Origin: Octopus sinensis
Lineage: Eukaryota
DNA: 54,497 nucleotides
Reading direction: 5' to 3'
Assembly: GCF_006345805.1 (NCBI RefSeq)
Contig: NW_021833824.1
Coordinates: 1-54,497 of the forward strand
How positions within the stretch are numbered: the stretch's first letter is position 1; each line of letters begins with the position of its first letter. The notes beneath the pieces are model-generated. The model was not told the DNA's origin and ran no database searches. It saw only the letters and a list, made by a program, of their open reading frames with translations. Positions 1 through 11,790 of the stretch are shown in pieces. Both the position numbers and the translations under genes were made by a program.

Positions 1-193
1 GAGGGGACAAACAAGGACAGACATAGGTATTAAGTCGATTCACTCGACTCCAGTGCGTAACTGGTACTTAATTATCGACCACGAAAGGATGAAAGGCAAA
101 GTCGACCTCGGCGGAATTTGAACTCACAACGTAACGCAGAGGAAATACCACGAAGCATTTCCCTCAGCGTGTTAACGCTTCAGCCAACTCGCC
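1..193 (-). mobile_element. SINE family A, partial copy with Tx1-like tail
   Basis: Minus strand reads GGCGAGTTGGCTGAAGCGTTAACACG...GAGTTCAAATTCCGCCGAGGTCGACTTTGCCTTTCATCC (pol III B-box-like GTTCAAATTCC); many similar copies in the window. Confidence 0.8.
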
Positions 194-244
194 TTGTGCC
201 AAAATTTGAAACCGATATATTATTCTGTACCAAGAGAAGGTGCA

Positions 245-497
245 TGCAAGAGAAGGTTGGCTCAGAATCGGAAGGTCGTAAGTTCGACTTCCAGGGCGCG
301 TTGACTCCTTGTGCAAGACATATTTCACGATGATCCGGTCCAGTCAACCGGCAAAAATGAGTAATACCGTTTTTTTCAAAGAGCCAACTTTGTCACATTC
401 TGTGTCACTCTGTATTTCCATGAGAACTACGATTTCGGTACATGTATCTGTAGAGTTCTGAGCCACTTGCTCGTTGATTTAACGAGTAGGCTGTCCC
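245..497 (+). mobile_element. Degenerate SINE: family E head/core with family B tail
   Basis: Core resembles 2100-2237(-); 3' part resembles the tail of the SINE B copies (TTGTCAC...GAGAACTACG...AGCCACTTG...GGCTGT). Confidence 0.6.
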
Positions 498-984
498 ATA
501 CATACATACATACATACATACATACATACATACATACATACATACATACATACATACATACATACATACATACATACTCCACTAGTTACTCCTTAGGTTG
601 AAGATACCTTCGTTAAACGAATGTTATATTGTTATGGAGTAATTATTACTTCCGAGGTTCTGCTAGCTAGGAAACATATGTAGCCTGGATTTTACCTGCT
701 CATTCCTTCAATTTGGACTTTTATTCATATTCATAGCGAACTTAGATGATAACCATGAACTATAAAATAGCTTTTTTCAGCTTATCGAACCACGATATGG
801 GAAAAACCTACAACCATCTAAACCAACAAATCATTATTGCTCCTGGACGTTTTTCCTTTTATACGTACCATGGACTTTTCGAAGCTTACTAACTTCCTAA
901 ACTTAGATTATGAGTATGTATGTATGTATGTATGTATGTATGTATGTATGTATGTATGTATGTATGTATGTATGTATGTATGTA
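498..984. repeat. (CATA)n and (TATG)n microsatellites in opposite orientation flanking a ~335-bp insert
   Basis: Direct reading: (CATA)n 498-576, (TATG)n 914-984. Confidence 0.9.
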
Positions 985-1002
985 TATTATTTATAATTTA
1001 TA

Positions 1003-1138
1003 AGCCTACTACTTATTCTATCGGTCTTTTTTGCCGAACCGCTAATTTACGGGAACGTAAACACACCAACATCAGTTGTCAAGCGATACTAGGGGAGATA
1101 AACACAGACACACATACACACACACGCACACACATACA

Positions 1139-1196
<58 letters not shown>

Positions 1197-1332
1197 CGAT
1201 GGGTTTCTTCCAGTTTCCGTCTACCAAATTTGCTCACAATGCTTTGGTCGACCCGAGGCTATAATAGTAAACACTTGCCCAAGGTGCCACGCAGTGGGAG
1301 TGAACCCGGAACCATGTGGTTGGGAAGCAAAG
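1003..1332 (-). mobile_element. SINE family C with internal microsatellite
   Basis: Reverse complement of the 11388-11790 type (CACTGCGTGGCACCTTGGGCAAGTG; internal TA/TG tract). Confidence 0.8.
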
Positions 1333-1994
1333 TTGTTTATAACTTCGGCAAAATAATTATTTGGTGATGTGTATTGATGTCTGCAAACAGATTATAACAG
1401 CCAGAGGCAAAACGATGGCTTGAATTTCATTCTTAATATGTTCCGTCAGATTTGATCGTGAATATGACAATCTTTGTTATCTTTCGTAATTAAAGAAAAT
1501 CTTCACCTTTCAGACGAATATGTATTCATAACACAATCAATTCATTAGTGAAAGGAGACTCGTGTTACATTCATTAGTCCGTATTGCCTGTGAATGTCAG
1601 AATGATGGCGAAACACCGAATGCCCCAGACTCCCCTGACGCTAGCGTACTAAATGTGATATCAACACGTGTTCGTCTACATGAAGAAGTGGTTCTCCAGA
1701 GGCAAAACACTCCAGAGATTACAATATTCATTTTTAAAATCTGCTGTGATGTATGAAGAACACAAAATATACCATGCAAACACATAAACATACATATATC
1801 ATATGTATACATACATATATATATGATTTATATATATATATATATAATATATATATATATAAAACTTAGATATGGTCCGACCAATGATTGGTCCAGGCCA
1901 TGTCTAACTTAATAGCATGGTCCATTCAAGTAGTGAGTTTTTGTTGGGTGAGTTGTATCCAATTATGTATGTATGTATATCTGAATAATAAATA

Positions 1995-2237
1995 GGCCTT
2001 TTCAAGCCTAGCCAGGCTCATGAGCCCAGTTTCCCGGTTCCAGTGGTGTATGTGTTCCCCAGCTGGACTGGATGCCAGTCCATCGCAGCGTTACTCATTT
2101 TTGCCACCTGGGTGGACTGGAGCAACATGAAATGATATGTGTTGCTCAAGAACACAACGCGTCGCCCAATCCAGGAATCGAAACCGGAATCTTACGATCA
2201 TGATGCTGACACCTAACCACTAAGCCACGCGCCTCCA
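1995..2237 (-). mobile_element. tRNA-derived SINE family E with V-domain-like tail
   Basis: Head GGAGGCGCGTGGCTTAGTGGTTAGG...GGTTTCGATTCC (A/B boxes); CTGCGATGGACTGGCATCC resembles the V-SINE motif. Confidence 0.7.
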
Positions 2238-2241
2238 TTAT

Positions 2242-2329
<88 letters not shown>

Positions 2330-2391
2330 TATATATATATATATATATATATAGATATATATATATTATAATATATATATATATATATATT

Positions 2392-2860
2392 TAAGTTTTT
2401 AATTAATTATTAATTAGAATTGTGAGTACACGAATACGAGCGTCGCTACAAATAACAGTGGAAAAATAATAAAAAAAATAAGCTACAATTTCAGTGAAAA
2501 TACAACAGGCTGACGAAAATCGAGGAACGAGTAACATGTAGCTTACCATTGCGGCTGAAGGACGCAAATGAGGATCACAGATATCCCTATATCACATGAT
2601 TTCGAACTTTGAGATATTTCCCTTAATTCTCATCAGCAGGTTCGTTGTTAGCCAAGGGTTAAACTTCAGTGAAATGGTGGCTTTTATTTGAGTATTTTTT
2701 TACCCTTATTTCTAGCAACCCTGATACTTCGTGTGCCATCAATCATACTTACTAATTAATTATAAATTTATCAATCTGCCTTTTTGGCTTTAATGCTTGC
2801 TGTCCCCTTATATTACTGTTGTTATTACTTATTATTATTATTAATAATAATAATATCTTT
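2392..2860 (-). mobile_element. Foldback Penelope-type pLTR relic with central hammerhead
   Basis: Imperfect inverted arms 2392-2496 and 2667-2770, HHR between them, flanked by (TA)n. Confidence 0.65.
2586..2640 (-). ncRNA. Type I hammerhead ribozyme motif, intact core
   Basis: Minus strand: CCTG-CTGATGA-GAATT...AGTTC-GAAA-TCA-TG-TGA-TA-TAGG; stems I, II and III all pair; AUA triplet. Confidence 0.75.
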
Positions 2861-2903
2861 ATATATTTACATATATATGTATACATATACATACGTATAT
2901 ATA

Positions 2904-2945
<42 letters not shown>

Positions 2946-3006
2946 GCATTTATACAAATATATATATGCATCTAATTAAATATATACACCCATATACCTA
3001 TATATA

Positions 3007-3044
<38 letters not shown>

Positions 3045-3344
3045 AGTAAAAAGTGAAAAAACTACAGAAGGCTTAAATGTTAAAAAATATATATTTGCGT
3101 CAATATGTCTGAAGAATATTTAAAAAAATTTTTCTCTTATAATGACATAGTTTAGAAGAAAGACCGGTTTCGCGTTTAGCTTTTCAAATTTCTTGCGACG
3201 TTATGTTTATGTTGAACAGAGTTATCGTTATGTTTTGTTCAAAAGAGTTTCTAATAAGGGGAGGTAATGAGTGATTTCTTCCGGTGTAAGGGAGATAATC
3301 GCTTAAAAATTTGTTTCCTTTCCCTTGGTGTGAATTTCTCTGTA

Positions 3345-4628
3345 TCAGTATGTTGGGATGGTTAGTCTGGGCTTGTACTTTTCAATGAAGAATGTTTCCT
3401 TGTTTAGTCTAATTTGTGTTGATGATCCGATAGCACATTGGTAAAATGGAAAGATTAAAAATTGTGGTAGTAGTTGCTTTGCGCATTTCTCAATGTGCTC
3501 ACTAAAAGGTATCATTCTGTATTCTGGGAATGCAATCTGTTGTCGATGCAGTGTGCATCTACGTCTGAGTGATAGTCCCGTGGATCCCACGTAGTCGGGT
3601 GGCAGCCCCCCGAGCATTTTATGACATAAATTATGTTTTCAGAGGCACAAGTAAGTTAGATTTGATCTTAAATTTCTGTCCCTCTTTAAAGAGGAATTCT
3701 GATCCTTCTAGCAGGTTTGGACATGTTGCACAGTTCGATCTACCACATTTTTTTTTTGCTTTTGCATCCGTAATTTCAGAAGACAATTTTGCCTTTGTGA
3801 GAATCTTTTTAGTGATTTAGGTTGTTTGTAGCTTTTAATGATTTGGTGTATGTTTAGAATTTCCTTTAATTTGGGGTCCTTATGAAGTATTGGTAAATTC
3901 TGGGTGATGATGGTGAAGGCTTCTTTGTTTCTGGGGTTGTATGTAGATATGTAAGGTAGTATTTTCGGGGAAGGTGTGTTGTTGTGTTGAACTTTTCTTA
4001 AAGTTTCTATGTTGATTTCTGTTGCACGTCTGATCGCATCCTCTATGAGTTGAGCTGGGTAATGTCTGTCAATTAGGGTGTTTTTGAGTTCTTGCAGTCT
4101 AAAGTTCCTGGTATTTTGTTCTGACACTATTGTGCATATCCTTCTTGCAAGGTTGAAGGGGATGTTGTTTTAGTATGGTCTTGGGTGGCTGAATTAAAAA
4201 GAAGGTATTGTTTGGCGTCTGTGCCTTTGTAAAAAATGTCTGTTCTATTTTAAGGTTAATTTTTTTAATTAGTATATCCAAGAATGGGAGCTCCTTTTGG
4301 TTGTATTCCATTGTGAACTGTATATTTGGGTTTATGCTGTTCAATAGGTTTTTAAATTTTAGGAGTTTATCTGTGTTTTCATTCCAGAGTATAAACCAAT
4401 CGTCTAAGAATCGTTTCCAATTCTCTTTTATGTATTGAGAAAGGGGGTTTCCAAAGATTGATAAAGATTCCTGGTAAATGATTATTTCCATGTAGCCCAT
4501 TGTTAGGTTCGCAATGACTGGTGCTGCCCTTGTACCCATAGCAATTCCGGATTTTTGACGGTAAAATGTATTGTCTAACATGAATTGGTTATTGTTTAGG
4601 ATGAATTCAATTGATTTAGTAATGAATT
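3345..4628 (-). pseudogene. Penelope RT / GIY-YIG endonuclease ORF, frameshifted and 5'-truncated
   Basis: ORFs 4099-4647 (RT; its apparent N-terminus comes from the inverted arm), 3708-4127 (linker, LPYISTYNP) and 3345-3617 (YVGSTGLSLRRR...KETFFIEKYKP). Confidence 0.9.
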
Positions 4629-4782
4629 CTGATACAGAGAAATTCACACCAAGGGAAAGGAAAAAATTTTTAAGCGATTATCTCCCTTACACCGGAAGAA
4701 ATCACTCATTACCTCCCCTTATTTAGAACTCTTTTGAACATAAACATAACGATAACTCTGTTCAACATAAACATAACGTCGC

Positions 4783-4821
4783 AAGAAATTTGAAAAGCTA
4801 AACGCGAAACCGGTCTTTCTT
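4783..4821 (+). ncRNA. Minimal hammerhead-like motif in the pLTR; mirror copy at 3156-3194(-)
   Basis: AAGAAA-T-TTGAAAA-GC-TAAAC-GC-GAAA-CCGG-TC-TTTCTT: U3/A8 core, palindromic mini stem III, one extra nt before the core. Confidence 0.55.
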
Positions 4822-4998
4822 CTAAACTATGTCATTATAAGAGAAAAATTTTTTTTAATATTCTTCAGACATATTGACGCAATATATATTTTTAACATTT
4901 AAGCCTTCTGTAGTTTTTTCACTTTTTACTATTTTCTATATATTCAACCACGTACTTTCACAAACCAACTTTCTTATCTATATATATATATATATATA

Positions 4999-5222
4999 CA
5001 ATTCATAAATGAGGGCAAAGGAAAAAAATTCTAATGCCAAATATGCCGAAAAATTGGACATATTGTCCATTAACCATATAATTTTTTCACAATACTTTGC
5101 CCTCATTTATGAATTGTTAATAAATTTAACCGTTAAAGGTATTTTTTAATATGCTGGCCATTGATAAAAATTTTTTCGAGAAGATATTTTTTTTTTCGAA
5201 AAGAATTTTATCCTCACATTTG

Positions 5223-5223
<1 letters not shown>
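4999..5223 (+). mobile_element. Short Penelope-type 3' end with inverted 5' piece, same family as the 46.3-47.5 kb array
   Basis: 22-bp perfect inverted repeat 4999-5020/5095-5116; both halves align to the 478-bp monomer (GGCATATTTGGCATTAGAA, TAATATGCTGGCCATTGATA). Confidence 0.75.
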
Positions 5224-5260
<37 letters not shown>

Positions 5261-5762
5261 GCCAGCAGTGGTGCCCCAGCATGGCCGCGGCCTTCGGGCT
5301 AAAACATTTTTAAGGATTTAAGGATTTTATATATACATTTATATATATATATATAGAGAGAGAGAGGGGGGAGAGAGACAGACAGACAAACTGACCGATA
5401 GACAGACAGATAAGCTATCGATAAACGGAATTTATGTGGAAACAGAAAGTAATATATGTATATACACACACATACACACACACATATATATGATTATGAA
5501 TAGGTTTGAAACGAATTTTTTCTACTCGTGGGAAAATATAGTGAACAATTTAAGAAGAAAAATGCATTAACGTTTTTGTTGAACAAAATATATATATTTA
5601 TATTTTTATGATATAAATCATCTACATGGTTGACTGGTTTCCCTTGTGTTAATCATGGCTAATCACGGGTATTTATCTATCTACCTCTCTATCTATCTAT
5701 CTATCTATCTCTCTATATATATGTGTGTGTGTGTGTGTGTGTATACATACATACATGCATAT

Positions 5763-5996
5763 ATTTCTTTATTGCCCACAAGGGGCTAAACATAGAGGGG
5801 ACCAGCAAGGACAGACAAAGGGATTAAGTCGATTACATCGACCCCCACAGTGCAAAACTGGTACTTTATTTATCGACCCTGAAAGGATGAAAGGTAAAGT
5901 TGACCTCGGCGGAATTTGAACTCAGAACGTAGCGACAGACGAAATACCGCTAAGCATTTCACCCGGCGCACTAACGAGTCTGCCAGCACGCCGCCT
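5763..5996 (-). mobile_element. SINE family A, full copy with Tx1-like tail
   Basis: Head to CCCTTGTGGGCAATAAAGAAAT tail, in TA-rich context. Confidence 0.85.
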
Positions 5997-6729
5997 TTAT
6001 ATATACATACATGTATATATTTATAGGTGCAGGTGTGTCAGTGTGGTAAGTAACTTGCTCCCTAACCTCATGGTTCTAGGTTCAGTCCTACAGTGTGTTA
6101 TCTTGGGCAAATGTCTTCTACTATATATGTATTCTGAAGTGAAGGCAGCATGACAATAAGGAGTACAACCTAAAGACAAAAGTTAAAACAAGAACAGAAA
6201 CCAGATTCCAGTAATAGACAGTGGAAGAAAGGTCCCTTCGGTTACTGAAATGACTATCCTTCTGAAAAATAAGTATTTTTATTGGCGTCGGTCAAAAATT
6301 TGTTGCAGCTGTTTGATCGAGACATAGAAAGAAAAGAAAAAGATTCTGCAGTGTGCTGTTCCTCTAAACCATTTAATCGGCTTTTCCTTATTCAGAGCCT
6401 CTAAAACAACTTTCTTTCTTTTACCTTCTTTTTCTTGCTGAACCACAGAAAATACAGCTTTGCTTCTCAAATAAAACGTTATGGCGCAAATACCTCCAGG
6501 AAAGAGGACTTAAGGCCAACCTTTTATAATATTACAGCAGATCTATGTGATTGGTCTACTTTTGTCCCTTTTCAACGAAGATCTGCCGCAATTGACCCTG
6601 TACTATTTTAGTAACTTCAAGTGACAAGATCATAATAGAAATGTATTCCCAGGTATAAGCTTTGACTTGATGCTTCAGCTTCAAATAACAGACGCATAAA
6701 CAAAAACTACGTTATTAATTTCAAAATAT

Positions 6730-7541
6730 TCTTTTCTACTCTAGGCACATGGCCCAAATTTTGGGGTGGGAGCCAGTCGATTAGATCGATCCCAGTACGC
6801 AACAGGTACTTAATTTATCGACCCTGATAGGATGAAAGGCAAAGTCGGCCTCGGCGGAATTTGAACTCAGAACGTAAAGACAGACGAAATACTGCAAAGC
6901 ATTTCGCCCATCGTGCTAACGTTTCTTATTTCTTTATTGCCCACGAGGGGCTAAAGACAGAAGGACAAACAAGAACTGATTAATTCGATTACATCGACCC
7001 CAGTGCGAAACTGGTACTTAATTTATCGACCCCGAAAGGATGAAAGGCCAAGTCGACCTCGGCGGAATTTGAACTCAGAACGTAAAGACAGACGAAATAC
7101 CTATTTCTTTACTACTCACAAGGGGCTGAACACAGAGAGGACAAATAAGGACAGAGAAACAGATTAAGTCGATTACACCGACCCCAGTGCGTAACTGGTA
7201 CTTAATTTATCGACCCCGAAAGGATGACAGACAAAGTCGACCTCGGCGGAACTCACAACGTAACGACAGACGAATTACAGCCACGCATTTCATCCGGTGT
7301 GCTAACGTTTGTGCCAGCTCGCCGCCTTTTTCTCTCTTTAAGTCGATCATATCGACCCCAGTGCGCAACTGGTACTTAATTTATCGACTCTGAAATGATG
7401 AAAGGCAAAGTCGACCTCGGCAGAATTTGAACTAAGAACGTAAAGACAGACGAAATACGGCTACGCATTTCGTCCGGGCGTGCTAACGTTTCTGCCAGCT
7501 CGATGCTTTCGGCGTGTTAAAGTTTCTGCCTGCTCGCCGCC
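6730..7541 (-). mobile_element. Nested/tandem array of SINE A (about 4 units)
   Basis: Four GTCG(A/G)CCTCGGC cores; tail-to-head junctions near 6922 and 7100. Confidence 0.85.
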
Positions 7542-8223
7542 TTATTAATTTTAAAGTATTAATTGGTCCGAGTGAGCCTGTCTCTTAATGATAAAATTAA
7601 TCGTGGACAACAGAGTACATATAGTTTTTCGCTGACTTGAGCAATCAAGTAGCGGTTAAGTTTGTTGTGGGCTACATCAAGCAAGAACCCTATATTTTGT
7701 TTCTTCATTGATTCAGACGGCCAAGAATAAGCTCTTTCATTGGCCAAACGCAACCGCGCATAGGTCCCCTTATCAGGACCATCGATTATTTAGAGGCTTC
7801 CTCGCTGACATGCATAAATAGAAAGCGAACGTGATATGTGATACATGACGTATAATTGATAATAACTGAGTCAGAGGAAGGTCAAATATTATTTGAAGTA
7901 AAGTAGTTAAATTGTGGCTGACAATGGAAGAGCCGGTAACAACGTAGAGAAGCCATAGTGAAAATGTGATAGGAATGACCAATAAAAAGATTATACTGTC
8001 TGCGTAAATGTAAGGATAAAAGTAATTTATAATGTCAGCATGATAAGAATTTTTGATTGGCTTGTGTATGTGTGCAAGTGCATGCACGTGTATATGTGTC
8101 TGTGTGTGCATGCGCACAAACACGAAGATACAAGTACACACATAAACACACCGACCGGAAGATATATATATGTATGTGTATGAGGGCGTATTTGTGTACG
8201 TAATGGTATGTGCGTTCGAGCGA

Positions 8224-8270
<47 letters not shown>

Positions 8271-8312
8271 CTCGAGAATACACACACACACATGTATGTA
8301 CATACACATAAG

Positions 8313-8361
<49 letters not shown>

Positions 8362-8625
8362 CGCGCATACATGTATATATGCGCACTAAACATGTATGTT
8401 TAATATATACATATATATATATATACATATATGTACATATACATATATAAAATACAAACATACAGATATACATATATACGTATATACATACATATATATA
8501 TATATTACGCATATACATAGCTACAAACACAATACCTGCATATATATACTACTTACACATACATACGTAATATATATATATATATTATATAATATATATA
8601 TATATATAATATATATATACATATG

Positions 8626-8664
<39 letters not shown>

Positions 8665-9109
8665 ATATATATACACGCATATGTTTGTACACACGTGTAT
8701 ATACATATATGTAAACATATGTATGTGTGTATGTATGTATGTATACACATTAACACATACAGACATATACACCTGCATACACTGACTTGCATACACCTAC
8801 TTTCACTTTCAAATATTCATAGAATCGTATCACAGGGATGTATCTTTATCAACGTTCTTAACATTATTAACAACGTCGACGACCACGAGCTGAGCCAGCC
8901 AGCAAGCAGTCATTATAGCAACAATGAAGATGAAGGTTAAATGTCCCAAGTTATAAAACGGGAAGCCAGACGAGATTACATAAAACGTACTGAACTGATA
9001 GTAATGAGGATTTCATAAATGGCGTACATACTACGTGGCCTAGCCTCGCAGAATGACATCTGTATGTATCTAATCAAGCATTTTGATGGAGAGCCAACGG
9101 CGGCAGCAT

Positions 9110-9416
9110 GTAGAGAGACGGAGAGACGGAGAGAGTGCGGAGAGAAACGGAGAGGGACGGAGAGGGATAGAGAGGGACGGGAAGGGACAGAGAGATGGAA
9201 AGTGCTTGAGATAAAGAAACGGAGTGGGATGGGAGGTTGAGTGGAGAGGAGGGGAGAGACAGGGAGAGTAATGAGAGAGAGTTTTAGAAAGGAGGGAAGA
9301 GAAGTATGAGAGAGAGTGAGTGATAGAGAGAAACAAAGGTAAAAAAATGTAGGAAAAGAGAGGATTGTGGACATGAAGAGAGAGAAAGATATATGTGTGT
9401 TTGTTGTGTGTGTGTG

Positions 9417-9455
<39 letters not shown>

Positions 9456-9462
9456 GTGTATG

Positions 9463-9499
<37 letters not shown>

Positions 9500-9501
9500 A
9501 C

Positions 9502-9542
<41 letters not shown>

Positions 9543-10040
9543 ATGAAACAGGCTGCCTGACAGACAGGATAAGAGAATGGAGAAGAAAGTGAGAAGTACG
9601 ATGTAGACAGAGTGAGATGTATATGAAGGAAGGCAATTAGAGAGAGTGACAGACAAAAAGACAGACAGACAGAGGGAAGGTGAGAGAGCTACCTACGGAA
9701 ATAGAGAAAGAGAAAACTATACAGAATTAGAGAATTAGAGAGACTTTTCACTGAGAGAGAATAAGAGGGTGCTGTGAAGAAAGGGAGAGACAGAGAAAGA
9801 GAGAATGGGAGAAGGGAGAGACGGATATAGGAAGAGAGTTACAAAGAAGGAAAATAACAGGTCGAGAGAAACAAAGGTAGAGAAATAAAAAGAGCGCTGT
9901 ACACATAAAGCAGGAGAGATATACAAAAAGAAATAGAGAGGGAGAGGACAATTGAGAGAAATAGAGAGAAAGTAAGAGAGGGAAAAATGAAGATAGATAC
10001 GTAGACAGATGTTGGGATGGGTAGAGGGGTTAGAGGCCAA
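9110..10040. repeat. Purine-rich (GA) low-complexity tract with TG/TA microsatellites
   Basis: Direct reading; a similar tract lies at about 13680-14620. Confidence 0.8.
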
Positions 10041-10438
10041 ATGTCTTCATTCAGCAATTTTATTCTTACAGAAAATATTTAAATTCAAAGACATTTAAAT
10101 CGAGGTTTCTGCGTTGCATTATTAACGACGGGACTAAGCTGTATTTTTTTGTATTGACATTTTCTCCGATTTTATCGTATGTTAATGAAAGTGCAATTGT
10201 CTTCCAAAACACCGAATACGCACGCACATATACATACATACAATTAGATGTGCACATACATATGTATATGGAGCTAAATATGTTATGTTATGTAGGTATG
10301 TATGTATGTATGTATGTATTCATGCATACATTCATACAACCTTAGATATGTGATGTATTAGAAGTACACTCGTTATATACATAGATGTATGTATATATGA
10401 GCATACTCACACACATACATAGAGCCGCCCTATTTAAT

Positions 10439-10545
10439 TCCATAGCGGCTACCTCTGATGAGCGCAAGGTTACATAATCGGAATGTTACCTAACATTCCA
10501 TTAGACCCCTAGTGCGAACCGATTTGTAAGATTGACCGTAATGGA
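10439..10545 (+). ncRNA. Type I hammerhead motif with long stem II and one core substitution
   Basis: CTGATGA-GCGC...GTGC-GAAC (GAAA expected)...GTA; inner hairpin GGAATGTTA/TAACATTCC; extended stem I TCCATAGCGG/CCGTAATGGA. Confidence 0.6.
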
Positions 10546-10668
10546 TATATATAATACTGTACACTTCGATTAACATACATAATACATATATATAATGTGA
10601 AGTATATTTGCCACTTAAATGTGGCTAGCCACTAAGGGTAGATGCTACTGTAGCTTGTAGCCCCAGAA

Positions 10669-11090
10669 AAACATCGCAGATGTGCGTGCAGCTGTGAGTA
10701 GAAATCGTCGAATCACTATCAGTGAGTTATCACAGGATGTGCAACTTAGTTACGGTTTAGATCAGTCCATTATCACTGAAGATTAGGGTACGGGATGCGT
10801 GTCTACCAAGTTTATGCCAAAACTGGTTTCAGCTGACTGAAAAGAGAAACGGATTTCAGTTGCTCACGATCTCCTTGATTGGGTCAAGAACGAAGAAAAC
10901 TTTTTGAAAACTTTGCGTAGGCCCCTGAGCAGGTGTCGCCAAGCTTTTGGCAAAATTTGATGCAGATTCTCTGCTCAACGAGGATGCTGAAAAGTTCCTG
11001 GCGTTGGGTAAAAGAAAATACAGGAAGACCGGTTAATTATGATTTTATTTAACGTATTCTCCTCTCAGATTCACACACTTATTGCAGTTT
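10669..11090. mobile_element. Rearranged mariner transposase remnant
   Basis: + strand VRAAVSRNRRITISELSQDV...KFMPKL...ENFLKT with stops; - strand N-terminal EQRICIKFCQKLG and C-terminal NKCVNLRGEYVK*. Confidence 0.8.
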
Positions 11091-11179
11091 TTCTTCAGTT
11101 ACGATCGTGATCCGAATACCCAACCACTAAGCCATGCGCCTTGACTGTTACTCTTCCATTACTGAACAGTTTCAAAAGC

Positions 11180-11378
11180 AGCGAGCTGACAGAGTCGTTA
11201 GCACGCTGGGGCGAAATGATTAGCGGTATTTCGTCTGTCTTTAAGTTCTGAGTTTAAATTCCGCCGAGATCGACATTGCTCTTTCATCCTTTCCAAGTCG
11301 ATTTGCGTACTGGGGTCGATCTAATCGACTGGCCCCTTTCTCCAAAAATTTCGGGCCTTGTGTCAGAGTAGAAAAAAT
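11180..11378 (+). mobile_element. SINE family A, short-tail form
   Basis: GCGAGCTGACAGAGTCGTTAGCACG ... GGGCCTTGTGTCAGAGTAGAAAA. Confidence 0.8.
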
Positions 11379-11387
11379 TACTGAACA

Positions 11388-11790
11388 GGCGCAGGAGTGG
11401 CTGTGTGGTATCTTGCTTACCAGCCACATGGTTTTGGGTTCCGTCTTACTGCGTGGCACCTTGGGCAAGTGTCTCCAACTATAGCCTCGGGCCGACCAAA
11501 GCCTTGTGAGTGGATTTGGGAGATGGAAACTGCAAGAAGCCCGTCGTATATATGTATGTATATATATATGTATGTGTCTGTATATGTTTGTGTGTCTGTG
11601 TCTGTCCTCCAACATCGCTTGACAACCGATGCTGGTGTGTTTACGTCCCCGTAACTTAGCGGTTCGGCAAAAAGAAAGCGATAGAATAAGTACTAGGCTT
11701 ACAAAGAATAAGTCCTGGGGTCGATTTGCTCGACTAAAGGCGGTGCTCCAGCATGACCGCAGTCAAATGACTGAAACAAGTAAAAGAGAT
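11388..11790 (+). mobile_element. SINE family C, full length
   Basis: GGCGCAGGAGTGGCTGTGTGG head, CORE-like ACCTTGGGCAAGT, internal TA/TG tract, tail AATGACTGAAACAAGTAAAAGA. Confidence 0.85.

Larger units (their letters stand above)
3037..4980 (-). mobile_element. 5'-truncated Penelope-like retroelement with inverted pseudo-LTR
   Basis: RT motifs QKSGIAMGTRAAPVIANL and RFLDD, downstream GIY-YIG segment, near-identical inverted arms 3037-3348 and 4629-4940, (TA)n flanks. Confidence 0.92.

Noticed and set aside
1675-1745. Possible minus-strand terminal exon (DFKNEYCNLWSVLPLENHFFM*); similar acceptor-like sites near 8000(-) and 28104(+)
   Set aside because: No recognisable homology or partner exons; needs RNA-seq
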